Below are positions 1 through 15,726 of a DNA stretch of 64,000 bases, in pieces. Numbering within the stretch: the first letter of the stretch is position 1; each line of letters starts with the position of its first letter. Origin of the DNA: the human T2T-CHM13v2.0 reference genome, Homo sapiens; the NCBI RefSeq assembly GCF_009914755.1, contig NC_060934.1. One strand, 5' to 3'. The position numbers and the translations under genes are program-made. The notes under the pieces were generated by a model. It ran no database searches, was not told where the DNA came from, and was given only the letters and a program-made list of their open reading frames with translations.

Positions 1-804
1 AACTTTTCCTAAAAGTAGATTGTACCTTCCATTGTAGACCTTTGAGCCATCTATTATTTTTAAAACTGTACCTTGTTAAACCCCGTCTTTTTTTACTTGG
101 ATACCTCATTCTTCAAGTAGCCTGTAGTGGCCAAGAAAAATAACTTTGTATCTAGTTTTGTCATCAGAACACTGAGCACTGTATAAAAATTCATCGATAA
201 ATATTAGCTGCTATATCCATAAAGTCAGCCAGTATTCCAAAGCTGTATACTGACTATTGCTAAAGAAGCAGAGTTTATTTAAATATGTGTTCCTTAGACT
301 GAATTCAAATGACTGGAGAACTGATTTTGTACAGGCTTTAATACTGAACTTTGCTAAGTCAAGAATAGCTTTTAAGGAAGATTTTGAATATGTGACATTT
401 ATTTATGTATAAATACTGAGTCTCAAGGTGCTTTGTCATGTGGTGAATAGAGGAGTGCAAAATATTATATTCTACTTAGTACTACCCTTGCATTTCTAAT
501 AAAGGTATGACAAAGCAGGTATTGTTAGAATTTCTATTCTCATAGTTGCTCACTTTTTGTTCCAGGATTTAAAAATTATTTATCTATGCCTTTATTACAG
601 TTAACCCATTCATCTCCCATTTACATCATCAGTTTTTACCTTCCTATTGGATTAGTCTTCCTCCCCTCATACTTGCTTCCTAGACTGTTCCAGTGGGATA
701 TTTATCTCCCCAATTCCATGAAGCCATTCCAGTGTTAACGACAACCCCATCTTGCTAAATCCAGTGGAAATTCTCAGTTCGTCCTACTTGACCTTCCAAC
801 AGCA

Positions 805-971
805 TTTATCTTATTTTATTTGTATTTATTTATTTATTTGAGATAGGGTTGAAACCTCAACCTGCTGGGTTCAAGTTTTCCTCCAACTCAGCCTCCTGAG
901 TAGCTGGGACTATAAGGCGTGTGCTACCATGTCCAACTAATTTTTGTATTTTTTGTAGAGAAAGGGTTTCT
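805..971 (-). mobile_element. Partial AluJ-like element
   Basis: (TTTA)n tail then ctcagcctcctgagtagctgggacta..taatttttgtattttttgtagag; internally deleted and truncated. Confidence 0.8.
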
Positions 972-1287
972 CCTCTCTTCTTTCACATCCCATACAATCA
1001 GTCCATAAAGTTTTGTTAGCTTTGCTTTCAGATTCTATGATTAATCTGACCACTTCTTATGACCTCTGCTACCACCCTAGACGTGCTGCAATAACTTCCT
1101 AACAGGTTTCCTTCCTTCTACTCTTGTCCCCCTGTACTTACATATTAGCTAGAATGATCTTTAGCAAAAGTAAGTCAGATCATGTTGAAACCTTCCAATA
1201 ATTCCCCAGCACTCTGAAAATAAAATCCGAAGCTCTTGCCATAACCTACCAGCCACTACTAATTCTGGCCCTTAGCTGTCTTACTGA

Positions 1288-1614
<327 letters not shown>

Positions 1615-3235
1615 TGATACCACACTTGTTTTCCTGTTACTTCTTGTCCGTGCCAAAATTGTCCTGCCTCAGAGTTTTTGCACGTGTTCATTCTTTTTCC
1701 TGGATTTCTCTTTTCCCTGATAATTTATGTGTCTCTCTGACTCGATTTAAACATCAGCTCAGGTGTTAACTCCTCAGTGTGGTCTTCCTCACTTTACAAC
1801 ATGGTCTTCCTTGTATTTTCATCTCTGCTCCATTTTACTCTGTAGCCTTATACATTATAGGATGTGTTTAAATGTTTGTTGATTGATTGATTGTCTTCAC
1901 CAGTAAGTTCCATGAGGCCAGGAGCTTTGTTCATTACTGTGTTCCCAATGCCTAAGATGGGACTTGGCACACAGTAGTTAATAAATATTTGTGGAATGAA
2001 TGAATATTTAGTGATATAAATAAATGATATTTATTTAGTAACAAATGCAGTGCAATGGCATTGTAGATACAAAGACAAAAAGAAACTAACTCTACACTGA
2101 AGAAGAGAGGCAGATGTGCAAACAAGTAACTATAAAGCAGTATGATAATTGCTTTAATGAAAGTGTATGTATGTAAAGGTGTATGTATAGTGGAAACTTA
2201 CAGGAAGGACCTTAGACTATCAAGGAGAGTCATAATGAAGTTATAGAAAAGGTAACCTTTTCTATATAGTAATGAAGTTATAGAAAAGGAAGTTTTGAGG
2301 GTGGTAATGGAGCTAAATTATGTAGGATTGTATTTGTTATGCAAAAAAGCTTGTGTGTGAAAAACCACTGAAGAATTTTGAACTGGGAAATGAAGAGGAG
2401 AATCTGATTGGTCTTTTAGAAAGTCACTGGAAGCAGTGTAGAGGTGGGTGAATAGGACTTGGTAAATGATTGAAATATCAGGGATAGTGACTTCCCGGGT
2501 TTTGGCTTGAACAAATGGGCTGACAGTGATACTGTTCACCAAACTATGAAGTTAGGGAGAGGAGAGCAGTGAATTTTTTTTTTAAGAGGATGGCTAGAAT
2601 TTAAAAGTGTATAATTATCTTAGTGCCCAGAAATCTTATGATTTGCTTGTATCACTTAATATAATTTTTAATACTACACTAAATTACAAACATACTAAAT
2701 TTGCCTGTAAGGTACTTCCATGCCTTTACAAATGGACATATACACTGCTGAATGGCAGGACTAGGACATCTCTTAGTTTTGCCAGTTTGTAAGTAGACCA
2801 ATGAGAAGAAAGAATACTCTTGATAGTGTAGTGAAACCAAGGAAGTTATTTTTTTAATATGCAAAGAAATGATTTGAAATTTAGGGCCTTCCACAGTTTC
2901 AAACATAATAAAAAGCCTTCGTTTTCAGGAAAAAAAAAAAAAGTTGGGAAAAATGCTTCTAAATTTGTTGGAGCTGACTTTTGCCTCTCAGATTGTTATC
3001 TAATTGGTTTTGTTTTCTGATTTATGGAACATGAATAGACTTTACTTCTTTGGATCCTTTAAAAAAATCATTATGAACTAAAGTGTTTGTATGCAGATAA
3101 GCTTATCTGTACATTCATGGTTTAGTTGATTTCTTGATTTGGTGTGTTCCCATGCTGCTGAAGCCAACAAAACAGAAGGAGAAAAGCAGATTATATTTGT
3201 CCTGTGGCATTAGGGATATGGCAAGATCTTAGACC

Positions 3236-3549
3236 AGTGCTAACCCATTAGAATTATTTAATGTGGACCACAAATGTGAACCACATATGTAATTCTAAAT
3301 TCTCTAGAAGCCACTTTAAAAACTACAAAAATAAACAAATGAAGTTAATTTTAATGTTTTATTTAATGCAGTATATTCAAAATAGTATCATTTCAACATA
3401 TAATCAGTATAAAAATAATGGACATTTTGCATTTTTTTTGTATGAAGTCTTTGAAATCCAAATGTATTTTATATGCACAGCACATCTCAGTTTAGACTAA
3501 CTACACTTCAAGTGCTTGATAGCTACTTGTGACTAATTGGACAGTATAG
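3236..3549 (+). mobile_element. MER33-like hAT-Charlie DNA transposon
   Basis: Resembles recalled MER33 consensus (ccacatatgtaatt..ttctctag.agccac; cagcacatctca.ttt.gacta; attggacag end). Confidence 0.75.
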
Positions 3550-6263
3550 TCCTAGATCATTCTTAAACTAAAGAGTAGAGGTTGCTCAGCATTCTGCAGC
3601 ATTTGAGAGTATCTTTCCAACATCGAGTAATTTATGTGCTGCTTGTTTCATTTTCCTGTCAAGTATATTAAAGAGTTTCTTTTGTCCTCTCATCATTTTC
3701 TTGCTTACAGTAATTTTGTCCAATAAATATCTGCTTATCAATATTCATTGCCTTTGCTTTCTCTTACATGTTTATAGTAATGTCCTATTATGCTAAAACA
3801 ATAGCGTATCTTTAAATTTTAGTGATTTTTTTTTTAATTACAAGAATACTGCCTGTTCTTTTTGTAACAAATTTAAACAATACTGTGGCATATGTTGTAT
3901 AAAAAGATGATAATTCTTTATAATTCTTTTTCCTGTTTCAGTTCCTGCTCTCCCAGTTGTAATCAGTGTTAGCAGTTTAGATAATAGCTTTTTTTTTCCT
4001 CATTAGGAATATACACTTAAGAGAAATTCTTGCTAATTGAGAAAATTAGTATTTGGAAAATACCTCTTAAAAGTAAACCTATTAAAAATGGAGACAAGAT
4101 TTATTAGTTATTAATGAAAACGACTTGTTAGGGACAGTATTCAGAAATGAAAACATTTTACTATATGTATATCATTTTTCTATATGTTTAACAAAATTTA
4201 AATTGTAACTGCAGCTGTGCTAATTCTCAGAATCAACAAAGAATGATGTGATATCTTCCTGGCATAATTTTTCCAGTAGAATTGTATAATAGTCTGATAG
4301 CATCCTTCATTTTGTGTTTCATTTATCTAGCATTTGTTATATAAAATAGACTTGTGTATCAGTCTTATCAAAACTCTTGAGGGTTTCACCAGTTTCTCAA
4401 GATATTTTCTTAACCCTTTCTCAATTCTTATTCTATCATCGTCCTTCTTTAGTTGTTGAGTGAATTGTTCTATCTTTAGTTGTTGAGTGGTTTGATTCTG
4501 CCAGAATCAAAGGATGTTGCTGTGAGATGAGCATTTTCTTTAATATTATTTTCATAGACTTCATGAAATCCTGCATTCTTTTGAGGGTTTGTATTTTCAC
4601 ATTACTACTGAGTTGCATTGTATTTACTTCGTGTGATTGAGTATTTACAGCAATAGGCTATTAGTGAGAAATTGATAAACAAAACCAGGATACATGGTTG
4701 CAATAGGTGTTAGTGTCTAGTAGAAACAGATATCAGGGGACATTATGAATACTAGTGTATCATAAGGGCCTTGACTCCGTCTGCAAACTTGTAACTTAAG
4801 GGATTCAATGTCCATTTAAGTAATAATAGCTGACTTTTATGGAGACTTTTACCATGCGTGGCAAATTTCTGTACATGCATATTTTTAGGTAATCTGCTCA
4901 GTGTGCCTATAAGTCTGTTATTATCCCCATTTTATGCATTAAGTAAACTAAGGCTTAGAGCAATAACTTTTGTAGTATAGAATCTGGCCCATTGAAGACT
5001 TATAAAATAGACTTCCGTCGGCACTGCTCAACACAAAAGGAAGAAAGCACAAATAAATAATATTAAGCACAAAAAAGGGGACATATAGCAGAGCTAAAGC
5101 AACAACAAGAACTTACTGTGAATAACTTTTATATCAAATTTGAAAAGCTAGGTCAAAGGCAGATTTTCTAGAAGAAGAAAGAGAAACTAGAATAGACCTT
5201 TAACATTAAAGAAAATGAATGATTTTTAAACATCTTCACCAAAAAGTATGAGTCCCAGACAGTGCTGCCAAGGAATTCTACCAACAGTAAGCCCACCCAG
5301 CCTTATTTTATAAATCTTTAACTTACATAGTGTGTCTTGCAGTAACCTTGGTAACCCAATCATATAACTCCCAGTACTGGGAGGGAAAATCGTAGACCAG
5401 TCTCATTTGAATATACACACAAAACCTTCAATATTGACAAGCCAAATGAACAGCTAGGCATTTGTCCTGACATTGAATGTTCCATATTTTTCCATTGATT
5501 TGGAGTGCCACGTTTATTATAAAATGAATTCCATATAGATGTGGATCCATTTTAGGGGGGTTTACTTGTGTGCTTAATCTGTCATCTTGAATTAAAAGCC
5601 TGTCTGTTGAATCTTAACATTCAAGATATTTGCATTGGCATTTAAATGTATGAGAATTGTAATGGTCTGGTAGTGGTCTGGTAGTGAATGCTTTATATAA
5701 ATATCTTTCTGTTGCATAGTTTTTTGCATATCATTTGAAGAGGATGCCAGGATTAGAACTCAATATACTGAATACCTCACTTAAGACATTTTATAATTCC
5801 AAAGAATATATTGTCATTCAAACATATTTAAGTTGATAAAACTTAAAGATATTATTCAGAAAATAGATTTGAAATGAATATACTGTCTAAGTATTTTCCA
5901 CAAAAATATTTTCCTTCCGTACCCTCCCATGTGCCTTGCCTCCTTCTCAAGGGAATTGGAGATGACTTTATAAAGGGACAGGGAAACAAATATTATCAGA
6001 CACCTGAGATGCATTAGTCATTGCATTTGAACACCAAACTTAATTCTGTATTTTCTAGAAAAGAAAGCAGAATGAGACACATGTTATGCTATGTCTGGTA
6101 AAGGAACTATATGACTTTGTCAGAGAGACAGCTTTCTTTCCTTTGTTTTATAAGTGAGACACTGGAAAAATGATAGTTGCCTTCAGCCTTGATTTTGCAA
6201 AAGTTAGGAAATGTTTTTTGGATGGATATTTTCTTTATTGACCAATGACTATGAAAGATGAGA

Positions 6264-6438
6264 TTTTTTTTTTTTTTTTTAAAAGAGACGGGGTCTCACT
6301 ACCTTGCCCAAGCTGGAGTGTAGTGGTTGTTCATCCACAGGCACAGTCATAGCACACTGCAGCCTTGAACTCGTGGCCTCAAGCTGTCCTCCCACCTCAG
6401 CCTTCCAAGAGCTCGGATTACAGGCGCATGCCTCTGGC
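6264..6438 (-). mobile_element. FAM/free Alu monomer (7SL-derived)
   Basis: Single monomer retaining a 7SL-like internal segment (ttcatccacaggcacagtcatagcacactgcagcc); TSD tgagatttt at 6259 and 6439. Confidence 0.75.
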
Positions 6439-6539
6439 TGAGATTTTAACATTAAATTTTAATTTAGGGAATCTTAGCGTCTCTAGTGAGCTAAGATAAA
6501 TGATTTACTTTTGCTTTCAGAAAAATTCCAAGGCCTGAC

Positions 6540-7806
<1,267 letters not shown>

Positions 7807-8478
7807 AGACAATATATATAGTTTAGCTATGGTGCATTCTGATGAACTAACAAATACAGAATTTGTTCTAGAAGAATGAATAGTATGCTCATTAGGCAGT
7901 TTCTCTCAAATATCAGATGTCTCATGTGAGTCTTTGGTAAATACTGGATTAAATCAATTCATGGTTGAATTACCCAGTGAGTGCCTTAAGTGCCAATACT
8001 CAGTTGTTGATTGAAGAGGGATCCATATGTTTTAGATACCAAATATGGGACAAAAAGCGTTGATGTTCTGTTGTGAAAATATGAAAGCCCAATTTATTGT
8101 GTGCTTGTTCAATTTCTCATGAAGATGAATCAGAGAGGTACTTAAAGGAAGTTACCAATATTTTCTCTCAGGGAGCCGTGGAAACTGTAGAAGTAATTGG
8201 ACAGGTGCTCAGGTATGATCCCAGTGTTCAACAGTATAACAGAAAAAAATGATTTGGCCTAAAATATTTTAAAGGCATGTGTTAGCAATTGACTGACCTC
8301 CATTATGAAGGAATCTGAATTTTTATCCCCTTTAGAAAGTGTGATTTTTGAACAGAGTGCATGCTGATGGTCCTTCAAGCATAAATTAGCTGCAAAATGC
8401 ACCCCAAATAATGGATTCTGTCCAGTTAAGAAGCAAATTAGATGGATAAAAAGCACTTAGAACATTGCGAAAAAGTTA

Positions 8479-9312
<834 letters not shown>

Positions 9313-9384
9313 TATCCTGACAGTCCACAAGAATGGGGATGCTTCTCCTTTTTTGTGTCTGTGAGTTATGAAAAAATGGGCATA

Positions 9385-9950
9385 CTGGTGGATTGGAGTG
9401 TCTCCTACTGGCCTGAGACCTGATTGTTAAAATTTTAGGAATTCTGCAAACTGATTGTTAAACACAGCTATTATTAAAAACTAAAGAACATAGGCTTACT
9501 ATTAAAATTACATTTTAAAAGCTAATAAATACTTCAAACTCATCACTTCCTAATTATTTTACTACATTTTATTATAATCTATGCTTTTCAAGCTATTTAT
9601 GTAAGTATATCATACCTCTGGTTGAAATAATAGAATGGTGTGCTTTTGTACATTTTTTTCCCCAACTCTATATTTGGTGATGTCACAATGATAACTAGAA
9701 ATTAGCTATGGGAAGAATGTTTACGCTACAGAGATTGTCAAATGCCATAAATAGGGCTTGATTTCTTATTTCTTGATTGTCTAGACTTAAAGTGATGGAG
9801 AAAATGCTGCTAATAAAAATGTGTCATGCCTTTAGTTATTATATTGTAACTAAAAAAAAGTATATATTCTTCCATTCTTAAAAAATGATTACTTCAGCTA
9901 AGAAGTCGCTCACATCATTGACATCAGTGACATAAAGAAAAACATCAAGT
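9385..9950 (+). mobile_element. MER63-like hAT-Blackjack relic
   Basis: gattgttaaaattttaggaatt..ttgttaaacacagc.attattaaaaa..aactcatcacttcctaattattttactacatttt resembles recalled MER63. Confidence 0.55.
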
Positions 9951-12100
9951 AATACTACAAAGGACACTTGGAAAGCTGATTGCTGAATATTTGCCAGCAC
10001 ACTGCTGGTCATGGCACAGTCGAAATCATTGCTTTGGTAGGAAATAGATAATAATATAAATTTATTATACTGATTTTCAGCTATAGGAAATAGTATTACA
10101 TGTGAGCATTATTTAAGAAAAAAAGGTTGAATTTGTAAAGTCATTAACTGTGGCACATAATAATTTTAAAGTAGATAATTTGAAGCCTTTGATAGGTCTA
10201 TTGCAGATTAGAAATAGAATCATAGAATTTAGAGTTTCTCTAGTATATGTCAGTCATCCAGCCTTTATCTAAATTCTGCTAGAGACAGAGCTCATTTCCT
10301 GGTAATAACATTGGAGAAATCTAGTAGTAGAATTCTTTCTTACTTTGAGCTAAATTTTGTTTTCCTTTTATTTCTAACAATTGGTTCTGGTACTGACTTC
10401 TGGAGAAACATAGAAACATAAACAAGAAATCTTGTCTCTTTTATAGAGCAACTGATCTTTCAGGTATAAAGTTAGCTGTGGTTTTTCATTGAGACCTCTT
10501 TGGGCAAGAATTATACCTTTAGTTCTTTTAGCTCTACATTGTATGACATATTTTCTAGACTCTGTAATCTAAGAGTGTGTTACCTTTTTAAACATCACAT
10601 CACTATTTTGGGGCTTTTATTGACCTTGTGAACGAAATAAAAGCCTTTAGATCTTTCTTTATGCAAATTATACAGAAGTCACGTCTTCTGTCTTTTGTTT
10701 GATTCTTTAAAAAAAAAAAAAAAACCTCCAAAAGAGATCCTTGTATTTACTGCTTTAAACCTTCATATTGCTTTCAGCACAGCATTTCAGATTATAGAAA
10801 TGATATTGAATTTTAATTTTATAATTTTTGGTATTTATTAGTTCTGTCATTTTTGTGTCAGTTGCAGACTTGATAAGCACTCAGTGTTTATTGTTTACAT
10901 CTAAATTATTGTATAAATTGTTGAATTTCAAAGGGCTATATAATCCTCCTTTAACTAATCTCTAAATTCATTTCTACCCATTATTATTATTTTTTGTTTA
11001 ATCTTTTGTGAGTCCACTTATCAGTTTTGCTAAGTAATCCCCATTTCATCATTTTATATCCAGAAGTTCATTATGATATATTTTGTCAGATGTTTTACTT
11101 ACTGTAATCCAGGTGTGCTATGTCTCTGGTATCCCTTTCTATGAAACACACTTCAGTACTTCTGTCTTTGAAAATTAGGCATTTTTTGAAAAATCCTGGC
11201 ATGCCTAAATGTTAAGGTCATATTCTTCCTCAAATGGAAGATATAAAATACATGAAGAATGTTGGGCTAGATGTTAACTAAGATACCAAAAGAGAAAAGG
11301 AACAAGATAATCACTGGAGATACTTGATGATCAGGGCCACGGTATTACTTGGGCTGAAAGGAAAATAACCTGTGCCATGAGAATAGAGCTTTTTCATCAA
11401 GGAAGTATTCTGGACCAGGTGAAATTTTAGGGATCTGGAATAGAGTGGACAGGATGCGTTAGCCTTTTTTCCTCTCTGCCTTCTCATTATCTCCTTCTTT
11501 TGAAATGTACGTTGTGAAATGTTAACAGTGTGTGCATCTGTGTGTATGTGGGTGTTTCTCTGTTGTGTATAGCACCTCCTTATTCTCTTTGTCCTGGACA
11601 AACTTATCCCTACTTCATAGCATTATTTTGAAAATTAAAAGAATAATTCAATATGAAATTCCCTAGCACATTTTCTTGTATTTTAGTAGATAGTAGATAA
11701 AGATTTTTTTAACTTTTGTTATATTTCTTCTTGTTGAATTCCATTGAGCAACCATGGTGGAGGTTGTCAGGGAGTTACTAGAGTGAATTGTCTCATCACA
11801 GTTTCCTTGGTCTTCTATCCTCCTTCATCCTAGCCAGATCTGTTTTATTACTGCTGGAAGCAAGGGAAATTGATAGCAAGTCACTTGACTAAATGGTATT
11901 AATAGAATAATACTTTTCTCTTTTTCACTACTTTCTCTTTTCTAAGATATCTTAGATCAAAAGCAGCATCTTCTAGAAAGCATTCTCTGATAAGTCATTT
12001 CATTTTCTAGCCAACATTCAAGTTACTCTCAGAAATCACTTTATGTGTATGTATATTTATGTTGAACAACAACAACAAAAAAATTAAAGAAAAAAAAAAA

Positions 12101-12419
12101 GGCCGGGCACAGTGGTTCATGCCTGTCATCCCAGCACTTTGGGAGACAAAGGTGGGTAGATTGCCTTAAGCTCAGCCTGGGCTTGAGACCAGCCTAGGCA
12201 ACATGATGAAACCCGGTCTCTACCAGAAATACAAAAACAAACAAACAAAACCACAAAGCCAGGCATGGTGGCATGTGTCTGGTCCTAGCTACTCAGGAGG
12301 CAGAGGTGGAAGGATCGCTTGAGCCTGGAAGGGCAGAGGTTACAGTGAGCTGAGATCGCTCCACTGTACTCTAGCCTGGGTGACAGTGTGAGACTCTGTC
12401 CCAAAAAGAAAAAAGAAAA
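12101..12419 (+). mobile_element. Full-length AluJ, ~60 nt upstream of the large R3HCC1L exon
   Basis: ggccgggcacagtggttcatgcctgt..ggatcgcttgagcc..A-rich tail. Confidence 0.92.
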
Positions 12420-12456
12420 TATTTTGGTTCAATACATTGTAATTAGTGTCTAATAA

Positions 12457-14298
<1,842 letters not shown>

Positions 14299-15573
14299 TG
14301 ATGCTTAGTTAGTTTATAAATTAGGATTTCAGTGGTAATTTTGATAGACAGTGATGCACATTCACTGATATTTAAGAGTTCCTGCAATAAACTAATAGGC
14401 TTGTAGATTAAGAAGAGAATATCTGATAGATCTTTAAAAAATAAAATATACAGAATTGAGCTGTATCTATAATAGCCAAGCCCTGAGAGATTTTATGGAA
14501 TAAAGATGAATTTAATGGATTTTAACTATCTGTCAAGGAAATACAAAGGAAAACTTCTTCAAAAAGGTTTTTCTATGTTGACAAGGTATCTTTTACATGG
14601 GCCTATTTAAGGGAAGGAGAATAATTTATTACTATTGTTATTTATATTTTATTTTCTAGTGGATGTTGGAGTGTTAGACACTGTAGAGGGAAGGAAGTAG
14701 AGAAAAGAAGGGTAAAATACAAGAAAGTATCATTGTTTTTTAAGGAGTTTATACTGGGTTAAATTGAAGAATGAATTACCCATTTAGCATAAATAGAAGA
14801 TGTAAGTGAATAATGATATGCTGGCCAATTAGAATTCATAAATAAATGTTAGATTTGAGGCATCTTAGAAATTACTCAGTTCAGTCTTTTTGTTTTCTTA
14901 ATTTAAATGTTTACTCTGTATCCAACATTTAAATTCCTTACCTTAAATAAGAATCACTGGTTTTAAGTAGTAGAACACTCCCTCTTTCCTTCCCTATAGT
15001 GGGTTCACATAACTTTGCCTGGAAAGGAAAAAATTATTTTCCTATAAGAGCACCAGTTTTATAAATGAGGAAGTTGAAGCTCAGTGGTCACACCTTTAGG
15101 AAAGGCAGAATCAGGATTTCAGTCTAGTTCTGTCTTAATCCAATGTTTATGTTCTCTCTACGAGACTATTTCCTCACCTAAAGGATTTCTTTTGAGGCAT
15201 TCCAAAGACCCTTTTGAATACTAAGTGATGAGTCTTTTGTTCTGAGAATTAAGCTGGAAGTATAGAAAAATTATCACATGCCTGTAAAAGAGCCACATAA
15301 TACTGAAGAGGGCGGTCCATTGGATAGAACTGACTTTCCAATACCAAGCAATCCCACCTCATTCGTGGGAGCTGTTTGCACAGAAAGAATTTCCCTGTAC
15401 CACAAACGAGCACATCCTGTCAGGTCAGGAAACACTATATCTTAAACATTCCTTAGAACAAAATATAGAGCGGAGAATACCTATGAATGAGCATCCATGA
15501 GCCCCTTGAATTACATGCAAAATTATATGTACGTATGTGTGTTTTTTCATAGCTTTCATCAGATTCTCAAAGG

Positions 15574-15719
15574 CAGTGATTTCCAAAGTATGGTCCCTAG
15601 ACCAGCAGCATGAGTATCACCTAGGAACTTGTTAGAAATTCAAATTATTTAGCCCAGCAAACTGTCTATTTACAACTTTTTCAGGGGATTCTGATGCACA
15701 TAAAGCCCGAGAACCACTG
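15574..15719 (+). mobile_element. MER5A hAT-Charlie MITE (internally deleted) with a perfect 8-bp TSD
   Basis: cagtg..caaagtatggtccctagaccagcagcat..ggaacttgttagaaat..gattctgatgcac..gagaaccactg; TSD ctcaaagg at 15566-15573 and 15720-15727. Confidence 0.9.
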
Positions 15720-15726
15720 CTCAAAG
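15685..15726 (+). CDS. R3HCC1L: R3HCC1L 42-nt cassette exon (GILMHIKPENHCSK)
   Basis: actttttcag|GGG...AAG|gtaata; phase 0-0, no stop; inclusion gives 792 aa, the length I recall for the long isoform, and the peptide matches my recollection of it. Confidence 0.8.

Noticed and set aside
4446-5686. Short local duplications (tttagttgttgagtg x2 near 4448/4475; tggtctggtag x2 near 5663)
   Set aside because: Ordinary slippage-scale repeats in AT-rich intron with no functional hint
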